Shown here in pieces: positions 29,259 through 38,671 of a stretch of 64,000 bases of DNA. A program made the translations under genes and the position numbers. The notes beneath the pieces were generated by a model. The model was not told the origin of the DNA. It saw nothing but the letters and a program-made list of their open reading frames with translations, and did not search any database. The stretch comes from an uncultured Gemmatimonadaceae bacterium. GTDB taxonomy: Bacteria; Gemmatimonadota; Gemmatimonadetes; Gemmatimonadales; Gemmatimonadaceae. Where the stretch lies: contig CAVUDW010000003.1 in NCBI GenBank assembly GCA_963740355.1, forward strand, positions 1,024,001 to 1,088,000, read 5' to 3'. The number at the start of each line of letters is the position of its first letter. Positions within the stretch are counted from its first letter, which is position 1.

Positions 29259-30611
29259 TCAGACCGTGATCCGCTGCTGTACCCAATTGCGGACCTGGTC
29301 CATCGCCACGCGAACCTGCGCCAGCGAATCACGTTCACGGATGGTCACGCTCTGGTCATTCGCCGATTCGCTGTCGATGGTCACGCAGAACGGCGTGCCA
29401 ACTTCATCCTGACGGCGATAGCGCTTGCCGATGCTGCCCGTCTCGTCGTAGTCGGTGTGGAAGGCACGCCGCAATTCGTCGGCGAGCTTCGTCGCCATCT
29501 CGGGCTGGCCATCCTTCTTCGTCAGCGGGAAGACCGCAGCCTTGATCGGTGCCAGCGCCGGATGCAAGCCAAGCACCACGCGCCCTTCGTCCTCACCGGC
29601 CACTGACTCCTCGCGGTAGCCGTTCACCAGCGCGGCCAGCGTGGTACGATCCGCACCCACCGACGTCTCGATCACGTACGGCAGATACCGCTTGTTTGCC
29701 TGCTGGTCGAAATATTCGAGCTTCTTGCCGCTGAACTGCTGGTGCTGCGACAGGTCGAAGTCGCCGCGATTGTGGATCCCTTCGATCTCCTGGAAGCCCA
29801 GCGTACCACCGAAGTCGAAGGTGATGTCGAACGCCGCGCGGGCATAGTGCGCCAGTTCACCCGCTTCATGCTGGTGGTACTGGAGCCGATCCGGCGACAA
29901 GCCGATCGAGTGGTGCCAGGCCAGGCGATCGGCCTTCCACTTCTCGAAGTGCTCCATGTCCGTGCCCGGCTCGACGAAGAACTGCATCTCCATCTGCTCG
30001 AACTCACGGGTGCGGAAGATGAAATTGCCCGGCGTGATTTCGTTGCGGAACGCCTTGCCGATCTGCGCGATGCCGAACGGCACCTTCTGGCGACAGCTCT
30101 GCTGCACGTTGAGGAAGTTCACGAAGATGCCCTGTGCCGTTTCCGGTCGCAGGTAGATCGTGCTCGCACTTTCCTCGACCGGCCCCATGAACGTCTTGAA
30201 CATGAGGTTGAACATCCGCGGCTCGGTCAACTGACAGGCGTCGTGCTGGCCCGGCATCTTGCTCGGCTTCTGCGGGCAACGCGCATCTTCCAGCTTGTCG
30301 GCGCGGAAGCGGCCCTTGCAGGTCTTGCAATCGACGAGTGGATCGGTGAAACCTGCGACGTGACCGCTGGCTTCCCAGGTCTTCGGGTGCATCAGGATCG
30401 CGGCATCGAGTCCTTCGACGTCATCGCGCAGGCGGACCATGCTAGTCCACCAGAGATCCTTGAGGTTCTTCTTCAGCTCCACACCAAGTGGGCCGTAGTC
30501 CCAGACGCTGCCGGTGCCGCCGTAAATTTCGGAGCTCTGGAAGATGAAGCCGCGGCGTTTGCACAACGACACGAGCTTGTCCATCACATCGGGATGGGCG
30601 CTGGCTGACAT
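29259..30611 (-). CDS. glyQS: Glycine--tRNA ligase, alpha2 (GlyQS) type
   Basis: [53 protein letters not shown]. Confidence 0.96.
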   Translation of the reverse strand: MSASAHPDVMDKLVSLCKRRGFIFQSSEIYGGTGSVWDYGPLGVELKKNLKDLWWTSMVRLRDDVEGLDAAILMHPKTWEASGHVAGFTDPLVDCKTCKGRFRADKLEDARCPQKPSKMPGQHDACQLTEPRMFNLMFKTFMGPVEESASTIYLRPETAQGIFVNFLNVQQSCRQKVPFGIAQIGKAFRNEITPGNFIFRTREFEQMEMQFFVEPGTDMEHFEKWKADRLAWHHSIGLSPDRLQYHQHEAGELAHYARAAFDITFDFGGTLGFQEIEGIHNRGDFDLSQHQQFSGKKLEYFDQQANKRYLPYVIETSVGADRTTLAALVNGYREESVAGEDEGRVVLGLHPALAPIKAAVFPLTKKDGQPEMATKLADELRRAFHTDYDETGSIGKRYRRQDEVGTPFCVTIDSESANDQSVTIRERDSLAQVRVAMDQVRNWVQQRITV

Positions 30612-30865
30612 CGGCTGACCTCTGAGTTTGGCGCCCCTGGATGCCGCGAACAGGCGTCGCGACTGGGTGGGGTGCACTGGTCTGGACAAGTTACTGGGCA
30701 CACGAAGTGCCTGACGGCGGCCAGAGCGGCGACCTCACCCGCTTGCCAGAGGGCGGCGCACCGTCGATTCTGCTGCCAGCGATGTCGCGGGGACCTGAAG
30801 CATGGTCGGCGCGTACAACGCCCAACCGCCTCTTCCCAACCTTTCCAGAATCCTGAGAGTCGAAC

Positions 30866-32275
30866 GTGCTGCGGTGGCGTGATGCGAAGCGAGTGATGTA
30901 TGCCCTTGTGGCCGCGCAACCAGCCCTGCTGGCAGCCCAGACCAACATCAGCGGGATCGTCCGCGACAGTCTGGCCAACAAGCCGTTCATGGGTGCGACG
31001 GTACAACTGGTGCCGAGCGCAACTCCGTGGGCGACTGGTCGCACCATGAAGACCGACTCCATCGGTCGGTACGCGTTTGCCGGCGTCCTCCCCGGCCGCT
31101 ACGTGCTCGGCTTTCAGCATCCTCGACTCGACTCGCTTGGCATGGACGCCGTCAGTCGCACGGTGGATGTCTCGAAGGCTGTACCGATCCTGCGAGCCGA
31201 CCTGGCACTGCCGAGTGGACGGACGTTCGTGACGACGCTCTGCGGGGCACGCACGGACAGCACGACTGGTGCGCTGATCGGTCGTGTCTTCAATGCAGAC
31301 GACGGCGCGTCGCTGACCGGCGGGAGCGTGGTGGTACGCTGGGCTGAACTTCGGATCGACAACGGCGGTGTGCGCAGCGTGCCGCAGCAGGTGGTGGTGT
31401 CGTTCGGCAGCGATGGCCGCTACGTCGCATGCGGTGTTCCGACCGATGCGCCCCTGCAGGTGCAGGCGCGCACCGGAAGTGCCACGGCCACCGATCCTGC
31501 GGCCAAGCTGGTGACGAGTGGTGAAATCGAGGTCGCGTTCACACCGCAGATTCCGCTGCTGCACCGCGACCTCTTGATCGCCACGCCGGTCGCTGACTCG
31601 ACGCTGGCTGCAGCCAACGCCGCGCGATTGAGCGGACGGGTGATCGCTGCCGACGGCACGCCCGTCTCAGGTGCGCGCATCGCAGTGCACGGCACGACGA
31701 TCGCGACGACCGCGGATACGAATGGTGTCTTTCGTGCGAGCGGAATTCCGCCCGGCACGCGCGCCCTGGATGTCACCGCGATCGGCTACGCGCCGGCACG
31801 GGCCTCGGCCGATTTCCGACCGAATCGCGAGTCCGCGATCACGGTACGGATCGGGGGCAAGGTTGCCACCCTTGGCGCGGTCAAGGTGACCGGCACCAGT
31901 GGCGCCGATCGCAGCGGGTTCATCGCGCGACGTGCACGCGGCGTGGGCTACTTCCTCGACGCCAATACGATGGAGCAGCGCGGCGCACAAAGTGTGTCGC
32001 AGGCACTCCAGACGGCCCCATCACTGCGCAGCAACGGTTTCGACACCGCCAATCCGACGCGGCCGCGGATCTCCGGTCGCGGGAATTGCACACCGACCGT
32101 CTATCTCGACGGATTGCCGATGCGCGATGGGCTCGGGGGTGTCGACGACATCGTCACCATCCGCCGTGTGGGTGCTGTCGAGGTGTATGCGAACCCGACC
32201 GAGGCGCCACCACAGTACGCCAGCAGGAGTTCGTGCGCGACGGTGCTGGTGTGGACGCGGGCGTACGTGCCTTGA
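30866..32275 (+). CDS. Exported protein with carboxypeptidase-regulatory-like domains and C-terminal TonB-plug-like domain
   Basis: Signal peptide; SGIVRDSL..GATVQL..DSIGRY; SGRVIAADGTPVSGARI; C-terminal C-P-VYLDG..VEVY..PPQY..CATVLVWT. Confidence 0.75.
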   Translation: MLRWRDAKRVMYALVAAQPALLAAQTNISGIVRDSLANKPFMGATVQLVPSATPWATGRTMKTDSIGRYAFAGVLPGRYVLGFQHPRLDSLGMDAVSRTVDVSKAVPILRADLALPSGRTFVTTLCGARTDSTTGALIGRVFNADDGASLTGGSVVVRWAELRIDNGGVRSVPQQVVVSFGSDGRYVACGVPTDAPLQVQARTGSATATDPAAKLVTSGEIEVAFTPQIPLLHRDLLIATPVADSTLAAANAARLSGRVIAADGTPVSGARIAVHGTTIATTADTNGVFRASGIPPGTRALDVTAIGYAPARASADFRPNRESAITVRIGGKVATLGAVKVTGTSGADRSGFIARRARGVGYFLDANTMEQRGAQSVSQALQTAPSLRSNGFDTANPTRPRISGRGNCTPTVYLDGLPMRDGLGGVDDIVTIRRVGAVEVYANPTEAPPQYASRSSCATVLVWTRAYVP

Positions 32276-32358
32276 TGCAGGCGCGACCGCAGGTGCCTTG
32301 CGGTGTCGTAGGCACGGAGTGAAGCTGTAGCAGTCACGTCACCGCCGAGAGTAGCATC

Positions 32359-33792
32359 ATGCGACCTGCCGCCTACCGAAAGCGCTTGCTACCGTTGCTG
32401 ACGGTGTGCGCAGTCACTGCGTCGCGAGGGCTGGCGCAGACGACGGTTCACGGCATCGTCACGGACAGCCTCAGCGGTCGCCCCTTCGCCGGTGCGACCG
32501 TGGAGTTGGTCCCCACGCGCACGCCATGGTTAGCCGGGTTCACAGCCCGCAGCGATTCGGCCGGCCGTTACAGCATCGCAGCTGTTCCCGCAGGCAGCTA
32601 CTACTTCGGCTTCCAGCACCCGCGGCTGGACTCGCTTGGGTTGGATCCGGTGACCAGTACGCTCGAGGTGCGATCGGCCTCGCCACGACTGACAGCCAAC
32701 CTCGCGCTGCCGAGTGCGTACACCTTCGCCGCTATCCTCTGTGGTGCGCGACGCGGGAGTACGACCAGCGCACTGGTCGGCCGCGTGTTCGATGCCAACG
32801 ACGGACGCGCGATCAGTCGCGGGACGGTGCTTGTTCGCTGGGGTGAGTTGAGCGTTGGCGACAGTGGCTTGCGCAACGACAATGCACAACGCACAGTCGC
32901 CGTCCGCAGTGATGGTCGATACATCGCGTGTAACGTGCCGACCGATGCTCCGCTGCTGATCCAGGCGATCAGCGGCAACCTCACCGATCCCAGTTGGACG
33001 ACATCACGACTGGTGAGTGGTGGGATCGAAGTCACGTTTGCGTATGACAAGCCGCTGCTTCATCGCGACCTCTATGTCGGCATGAGCGAGACCGATAGTG
33101 CCGCGCCGAGCACATCACAGATCGGAAGCGTGGGTCCAGTTCGCAAAGGGTCGTCGCGCCTGGTGGGGCGCGTAGTCAACGAAGATGGCGCCCCAGTCGT
33201 CGGCGCTCGTGTGCTGGTGCGAATTGCAGCAGCGCAGGCGGTCAGCGATTCCAGTGGCGTCTTCCGAATCAGCGGCTTGCCAATCGGGACCCAGTCGGTG
33301 GAAGTCACTGCCCTTGGCTTTGCGCCGACGAACACCGGGGTCGATCTGCTTCCCGATGTCGAGACGCCGCTCACGTTGCAGGTCGCGCGACGCGTGCAGA
33401 CGCTGGAGGAAGTAAATGTCGTGGCGCGACGGGCGGACCCGTCTGGTTTCTATGCGCGGCGCGCGAAGGGACTCGGCTACTTCGTCGACTCGGAGCAGAT
33501 CCGGAAGTGGGGCCCGCCGGACCTCGGCAGCGCGCTTTCCATGGCGCCTATGCTGCGAAAGAACCTGACAGGAAGAGGCGGTTGCACGCCAGTCTTATTT
33601 CTCGACGGGGTTCGCATCGACTATATGCTTAACGAAGTCCTGAATGGGTTGGAGCTGGGGGGAATCGAGGTGTATGCAAACCCCGCAGATATCCCGCCAC
33701 AATTTGCCTCACCCGGCAGTCGCCCCGGCGCGAGGACGCTGTCTGGCGGCTGCGCCGTCATCGTGATCTGGACACTCGCCTTCGTCCGCTGA
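32359..33792 (+). CDS. Tandem paralog of the preceding carboxypeptidase-regulatory/plug-like protein
   Basis: Shares FQHPRLDSLG, GRVF.A.DG, DGRY.AC.VPTDAPL, SG.IEV.F, PLLHRDL, EVYANP...PPQ and C.V.WT. Confidence 0.75.
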   Translation: MRPAAYRKRLLPLLTVCAVTASRGLAQTTVHGIVTDSLSGRPFAGATVELVPTRTPWLAGFTARSDSAGRYSIAAVPAGSYYFGFQHPRLDSLGLDPVTSTLEVRSASPRLTANLALPSAYTFAAILCGARRGSTTSALVGRVFDANDGRAISRGTVLVRWGELSVGDSGLRNDNAQRTVAVRSDGRYIACNVPTDAPLLIQAISGNLTDPSWTTSRLVSGGIEVTFAYDKPLLHRDLYVGMSETDSAAPSTSQIGSVGPVRKGSSRLVGRVVNEDGAPVVGARVLVRIAAAQAVSDSSGVFRISGLPIGTQSVEVTALGFAPTNTGVDLLPDVETPLTLQVARRVQTLEEVNVVARRADPSGFYARRAKGLGYFVDSEQIRKWGPPDLGSALSMAPMLRKNLTGRGGCTPVLFLDGVRIDYMLNEVLNGLELGGIEVYANPADIPPQFASPGSRPGARTLSGGCAVIVIWTLAFVR

Positions 33793-33799
33793 TCACAGC

Positions 33800-34789
33800 C
33801 TATTTCGCGGCGCCCAGCTCCCGATTCCACGCCACGAACGCGCGCTCGTAGAACGTCGGCCCGAACAACGCCCACTCACCAAGCGCCGACGGCAGCTTGA
33901 ACGCACCACCAGCCGCTGCAGCGCTCGTTCCAGCGGAATGCGCCGCACGTGCTGTCATCTCGATCTCGCCCAGCACCGCCAGATACCGATCGATCGCCGC
34001 TGCATCCGCCACGGCGCCATGCCCCGGCACATACACCGTGCTGCGATCACGCTTCAATGCGCGAACCTGCTTCGCCAACACCGTTGGCAGCGCATCGACG
34101 AAATTCGGGATCATCGCGTTCCAGACCAGGTCACCGGTGAACACGAGGCTCGGATCATCCAGCTCGATGCTCACATCACTCGACGTGTGCCCCGAGCGCG
34201 GCACGATGCGCACGCGTCGCCCCCCGAGGTCGACGATCGTCTCCGATGTGGGCGACAACTCGACGACATCCTTCAAGGCTGCGGTCCGCGAATCGACCAG
34301 TGGCGTGTTCTTCGCCAGCACCTGGTCACGCGTTGCGGCGGTCGTCAGCACGCGTGTCGGGAATCCCTCGGCGATGTATCCGTCGACACCATTGGCATGA
34401 TCGGCATGGTAGTGCGTCAGCACGACGTGCGTCGGCCAGCGGCCCGTCAGCTGGCGTGCCTGCGATGCCATCCACCGCGCTCCCTGCGAGGTGAACAGGC
34501 CCTCGATCGCCATCACACCGTTGCGGCCGGCGATGATGCCGCCGTTCGAGAGCGTCGTACGATCGCCGCTGAGGGGCGCAGAGATCAGTGCCCACACGCC
34601 GTCGGCAACTCGTTCCAGCTTGCCCCACGGTTCACGCGCCACCACGGTGCCGAACGACGGCGCAGTCCACGCTGCACGCAGCGCGGCGGGTGCAAATGTC
34701 GCAGCCAGTGCGAGATGGGCGGCGCAACTTCCCGCCGTACCAAGGAACGCACGGCGCGAGGTCGTGTCTCGCGGAAGCGGCTCAGACAC
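33800..34789 (-). CDS. Tat-exported metallo-beta-lactamase-fold hydrolase
   Basis: SRRAFL twin-arginine signal; THYHADH, GHT, GDL, PGHG. Confidence 0.88.
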   Translation of the reverse strand: MSEPLPRDTTSRRAFLGTAGSCAAHLALAATFAPAALRAAWTAPSFGTVVAREPWGKLERVADGVWALISAPLSGDRTTLSNGGIIAGRNGVMAIEGLFTSQGARWMASQARQLTGRWPTHVVLTHYHADHANGVDGYIAEGFPTRVLTTAATRDQVLAKNTPLVDSRTAALKDVVELSPTSETIVDLGGRRVRIVPRSGHTSSDVSIELDDPSLVFTGDLVWNAMIPNFVDALPTVLAKQVRALKRDRSTVYVPGHGAVADAAAIDRYLAVLGEIEMTARAAHSAGTSAAAAGGAFKLPSALGEWALFGPTFYERAFVAWNRELGAAK

Positions 34790-35783
34790 CTGCAGTCTGC
34801 GTCATGCGCTCCACGATCCGCGCGGCGATCAGGTCGCCGTGGAAGCGGCCATTCTCGATGAACGTCTTGTTGGCATCGAAGCCCGACGCCAGTACCCCCG
34901 CCAGGAACAGCCCCGGTAGCGTCGTTTCCATCGTGGCCGGGTTGTGCGTCGGAATGCCGGTCTCGGGATCGATCGGCGCGCCGACCTGTCGCAGCAAGGC
35001 CGTCTCCGGCATGTAACCGAGCATCGTGAACACATGCTGCGCCGCGACGCGAGTGCGCACACCCTCCGACTCGACATCAACCCAGTCGCCGCCAATCTCG
35101 ACCACGCGCGAATTGAACATTGCGGTGATCGCACCATCCTTGATTCGCCCTTCGATATCCGGCCGCACCCACGGTTTCACCTTCGGGTCCAACTCGGCAT
35201 CGAAGTGCACCAGCGTCACTCGCGCACCGGCGCGAAAGAGCTCCAGCGCCGCATCAACCGCTGAATTGGCACCACCCACCACGACCACGTCCTGGTCGTA
35301 GCCCATGTGCCCTTCCATGAATCGGTAGTGCACATGCGGCTGGATCTCACCCGGCACGCCGAGCCGGTTGGGCAAACCGAAATAGCCCGTGGCCATCACG
35401 ACAGCGGTAGCCTCGGTGTTTCGGAAATCACCGGCGCGGGTGCGCGAACGCACCCGCCACCGATCGGCGCAAAGCATCTCGAGCTCGTCCACCGTTTCGT
35501 ACTGGTGGATCTTGACGCCGTGATACTGCGCCACCGTGCGGTAGTAGGCCAGCGCATCCCGACGCGTTGGCTTGGCGGTCGGGATGCTGAATGGCACGCC
35601 ACCGATCGAGATCTTCTCGGCCGTCGAGAAGAACGACATCTCGGTCGGGTACGAAGCGATGCCGCTCACTAGGCAATCACGCTCGATGATGATGTTGGTG
35701 ATTCCAGCACGCTGCAGCGCGATGGACGCTGCCAGCCCACACGGGCCACCGCCGATCACCACCGCTCCGACTGCCTCCTCCAT
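34782..35783 (-). CDS. ypdA: YpdA family flavoprotein (putative bacillithiol disulfide reductase)
   Basis: GGGPCGL, YPTEMSFFSTAEK, KPTRRDALAYY, ATGYF, GGANSAVDAALE, FIENGRFHG. Confidence 0.88.
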   Translation of the reverse strand: MEEAVGAVVIGGGPCGLAASIALQRAGITNIIIERDCLVSGIASYPTEMSFFSTAEKISIGGVPFSIPTAKPTRRDALAYYRTVAQYHGVKIHQYETVDELEMLCADRWRVRSRTRAGDFRNTEATAVVMATGYFGLPNRLGVPGEIQPHVHYRFMEGHMGYDQDVVVVGGANSAVDAALELFRAGARVTLVHFDAELDPKVKPWVRPDIEGRIKDGAITAMFNSRVVEIGGDWVDVESEGVRTRVAAQHVFTMLGYMPETALLRQVGAPIDPETGIPTHNPATMETTLPGLFLAGVLASGFDANKTFIENGRFHGDLIAARIVERMTQTAGV

Positions 35784-37078
35784 TACGCCACCCCGGCTTC
35801 CATTCCAATCATCTGATCACGCCGCGTCCCCACACTGACATACGTGATTCGGGTCTCGCAGAGTTCCTCGATCCGGTCGAGATAGATGCGCGCAGCCGGC
35901 GGCAGCGCATCCAGCGAGCGGCAATCGGCAGTCGACTGCTTCCAGCCGTCATACCACTCGTACACCGGCTCGGCATTCTCGAGAAGCGCGAGGTCCGCGG
36001 GGAACTCGGTCTGCACTTCACCGTCGATCTTGTAGCCGGTGCAGATCGCGACCTTGTCGAGGGTGTCGAGCACATCGAGCTTCGTGACCGCGAGGTCCGT
36101 CAAGCCGTTGATGCGCGCGGCGAACCGCACCACCACCGCATCGAACCAGCCACAGCGGCGCGGGCGACCGGTCGTGGCGCCGAACTCGTTGCCGAGGGTG
36201 CGCATCTGGGTCTGCATCGGCTCGACGAATTCCGTCGGCAGCGGGCCGGCGCCGACGCGGGTCGTGTACGCCTTCACCACGCCAAGAATCGCATGCAGTG
36301 CCGTGGGCGCCATGCCTGCGCCGATCGCGGCCCCGCCCGACGTCGTGTTGCTGCTGGTGACGTACGGGTAGGTGCCATGATCGATGTCGAGCATCGAACC
36401 CTGTGCGCCTTCCAGCAACACCGCAGCACCGGTCTTCAACGCGCGATGAATCTGCAGGCTGATGTCGTCAGACAGCGCAAGCAAACGCGGCGCGATCTGC
36501 TCCAGCGTCTTCATCGTGTCATCGACGTCGGCGCGCGTGTCGCAGTTCATCATCGCCAGGCGACCATTCGCATTCGCGACCCCGGCCTCGACCAACGTGC
36601 GCAGGCGCGCTGGATTGCGCAGGTCGAGCACCCGTACCCCACGGCGCGCGACCTTGTCTTCGTACGTTGGGCCAATGCCGCGACCGGTGGTGCCGATCGC
36701 CTTGCTGGCCGTGCTGGCACCGTCCATCAGCTTGTGATACGGCATCACCAGGTGCGCACGCTCGCTGACGTAGAGGCGACCGGTGACGTCGATGCCATCG
36801 GCGACGAGCCCGTCGATCTCACCGAAGAGCTTCTCCGGGTCCAGCACCACACCATTGCCGATCGCGCAGCGCACGCCCGGATGCATGATGCCGCTCGGGA
36901 TCTGGTGCAGCACGACCTTCTTGTCGCCGATGTGCACCGTATGGCCGGCATTGGCGCCGCCCTGATAACGCACCACCCAGTCGGCTCGCTCCGCGAGCAC
37001 GTCGACCAGCTTGCCCTTCCCTTCGTCGCCCCATTGGGCGCCGACTACCACCAGCGTGCGTCGCGACGCGTCGAACAT
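35783..37078 (-). CDS. purA: Adenylosuccinate synthetase
   Basis: GAQWGDEGKGK, RYQGGANAGHT, GTTGRGIGP, EFGATTGRPRRCGWFD, TKLDVL. Confidence 0.97.
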   Translation of the reverse strand: MFDASRRTLVVVGAQWGDEGKGKLVDVLAERADWVVRYQGGANAGHTVHIGDKKVVLHQIPSGIMHPGVRCAIGNGVVLDPEKLFGEIDGLVADGIDVTGRLYVSERAHLVMPYHKLMDGASTASKAIGTTGRGIGPTYEDKVARRGVRVLDLRNPARLRTLVEAGVANANGRLAMMNCDTRADVDDTMKTLEQIAPRLLALSDDISLQIHRALKTGAAVLLEGAQGSMLDIDHGTYPYVTSSNTTSGGAAIGAGMAPTALHAILGVVKAYTTRVGAGPLPTEFVEPMQTQMRTLGNEFGATTGRPRRCGWFDAVVVRFAARINGLTDLAVTKLDVLDTLDKVAICTGYKIDGEVQTEFPADLALLENAEPVYEWYDGWKQSTADCRSLDALPPAARIYLDRIEELCETRITYVSVGTRRDQMIGMEAGVA

Positions 37079-37159
37079 CGGATATCTCTTCCTTGGCGCG
37101 CCGCACGAGGGGCGCGCAACAGACTCGATTCAGAGGCGCCGGACAGAAATTCACCCAAC

Positions 37160-37192
37160 GCAAAACGCCACGCGCGATAGGCGCGTGGCGTT
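37160..37192 (-). terminator. Hairpin plus short U-tract between the small ORF and purA (terminator or purA 5' structure)
   Basis: Minus strand AACGCCACGCGC-ctatc-GCGCGTGGCGTT followed by TTG. Confidence 0.5.
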
Positions 37193-37246
37193 GGCGAAAA
37201 CTACGCCTCGACTGCCAGCGGGGGTAGGCTATCCCCCGTCCGCAGT

Positions 37247-37417
37247 TCAGGCGTCCGGCTTGTCCCGCAGCGCGATGAACGGAAAGGCGCAGCACAGCGC
37301 CATGCCAATCGCAGGAGCGACTACCGGTCCCAACGCATAGATCCCGTCCATAACCAGCGACGGCACCACGAGATAGACCTTCACGAAGGCATACATCGCC
37401 GACAGGATCGCTTCCAT
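37247..37417 (-). CDS. Small hydrophobic protein, 56 aa (below the ORF-track cutoff)
   Basis: GGAG RBS then MEAILSAMYAFVKVYLVVPSLVMDGIYALGPVVAPAIGMALCCAFPFIALRDKPDA*; fills an intergenic gap. Confidence 0.6.
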   Translation of the reverse strand: MEAILSAMYAFVKVYLVVPSLVMDGIYALGPVVAPAIGMALCCAFPFIALRDKPDA

Positions 37418-37570
37418 TCCGGGCTCCAGAGTGTCAGGTGCGGGTCAGGGCGGAGTGTGCCGCCCTCGGCGGTGAAAGTAATCGAGTCTCGACCGGTTCC
37501 CGAGCCCCCGGGGGCCGCTTCGCCAAGCCGCGCCGACCCGCACCCACGGCCCACTGTCTCCGGCGGGACG

Positions 37571-38068
37571 TCAACTCCAGGCCGCTACCAGCAGCCAGAT
37601 ACCGATCAGGCACCCAATCAGGCTCTTCATGGCCGTCGCCACCGCCCGGCCGATCAGGGCACCGGTCGCGGCTCTAGTCGCCTTCTGGTGGTTCTTCTCG
37701 AACGAGTACTCGCCGAGCAACGCGCCGATGAAGGCGCCGGCGAAGGCTCCGATCACCGACCCGATGACCGGGACAGGAATGCCCACGAAGGCGCCCACCA
37801 GGCCGCCGGCGATCGCCCCCCATGAGGCGCGGCGCGAACCGCCGTACTTCTGCGTGTAGCGACCCGCGACAGAGAACTCGAGCCACTCAGCACCGAGCGC
37901 AATCACCACCAGCAGGCCGAGGGTCAGCCAGCCGATCGTCGGCGGTGCCACCAGCAGGTGATGCCCAACGCCCGCCAGAATCATGAGCCAGATGCCGGGC
38001 AGGCCGAGGGGGATCATGACAAGGCCGCCAATCACGGCGGCCAGCAGCAACAGCAGGTCGGGAGTCAT
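37571..38068 (-). CDS. DUF456 (YqgC-like) membrane protein
   Basis: PLGLPGIWL, KYGGSRRASWGAIAGGLVGAF, GAFIGALLGE. Confidence 0.85.
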   Translation of the reverse strand: MTPDLLLLLAAVIGGLVMIPLGLPGIWLMILAGVGHHLLVAPPTIGWLTLGLLVVIALGAEWLEFSVAGRYTQKYGGSRRASWGAIAGGLVGAFVGIPVPVIGSVIGAFAGAFIGALLGEYSFEKNHQKATRAATGALIGRAVATAMKSLIGCLIGIWLLVAAWS

Positions 38069-38145
38069 GGCGAATAGTACGCATCTCCGCCGTGGCAGTT
38101 TCCCAGCAGAGCGGGATCGCAGACACGCAACGGCACTCGCGTCGC

Positions 38146-38670
38146 TCACTCCCGCGAGTGCTCACCCGCCGGCGTCTGCGCCAATAGCGTGCGCACGAAC
38201 GCCTCCATGGCGGGCGTATCCCATCGCATCGCACCGCGCCGTCGCAACGCGATGTACCCGTCACGATCGATGATCCAGGTCGTTGGCACGGCCTCGAATC
38301 GATAGACCGCAGGGGCAGGCGTGCGCTCGAGAAATACCGGCAGCGTCAGCCGACGTCGACGGACGAACGCTTGCACCGGTTCCTTGCGTTGCGGCGCAAC
38401 CATCACGAACACCAGGCCCGTGTCGGACACCGCGTTGCGCAGCTGCGCGAAGGAGCCCAGTTCCGCAACACACGGCTCACACCAGGTGGCCCAGCTGTTC
38501 ACGATGACCACGCGCCCACGAAACGCATCCAGCGAGACCGGTACACCTGACAGCGAAAACATCGACCACGAGAAGTCAGCTCGTTCGCGCTCATTCATCG
38601 GTTGCGCAATCACTCGATGCGGTACTGCGGCGAGCAGAAACGCGACGGCGACCCTGATCACGCCGCGCAT
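38146..38670 (-). CDS. TlpA family thiol:disulfide oxidoreductase
   Basis: Signal peptide; FRGRVVIVNSWATWCEPCVAE; VPTTWIIDRDG. Confidence 0.88.
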   Translation of the reverse strand: MRGVIRVAVAFLLAAVPHRVIAQPMNERERADFSWSMFSLSGVPVSLDAFRGRVVIVNSWATWCEPCVAELGSFAQLRNAVSDTGLVFVMVAPQRKEPVQAFVRRRRLTLPVFLERTPAPAVYRFEAVPTTWIIDRDGYIALRRRGAMRWDTPAMEAFVRTLLAQTPAGEHSRE

Positions 38671-38671
38671 G

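Noticed and set aside
30612..30865. T-box or glycine riboswitch upstream of glyQS
   Set aside because: No T-box consensus, terminator or recognisable glycine aptamer motif seen
37079..37246. Purine riboswitch upstream of purA
   Set aside because: Hairpins are present, but I could not match the purine aptamer core; an Rfam scan is needed
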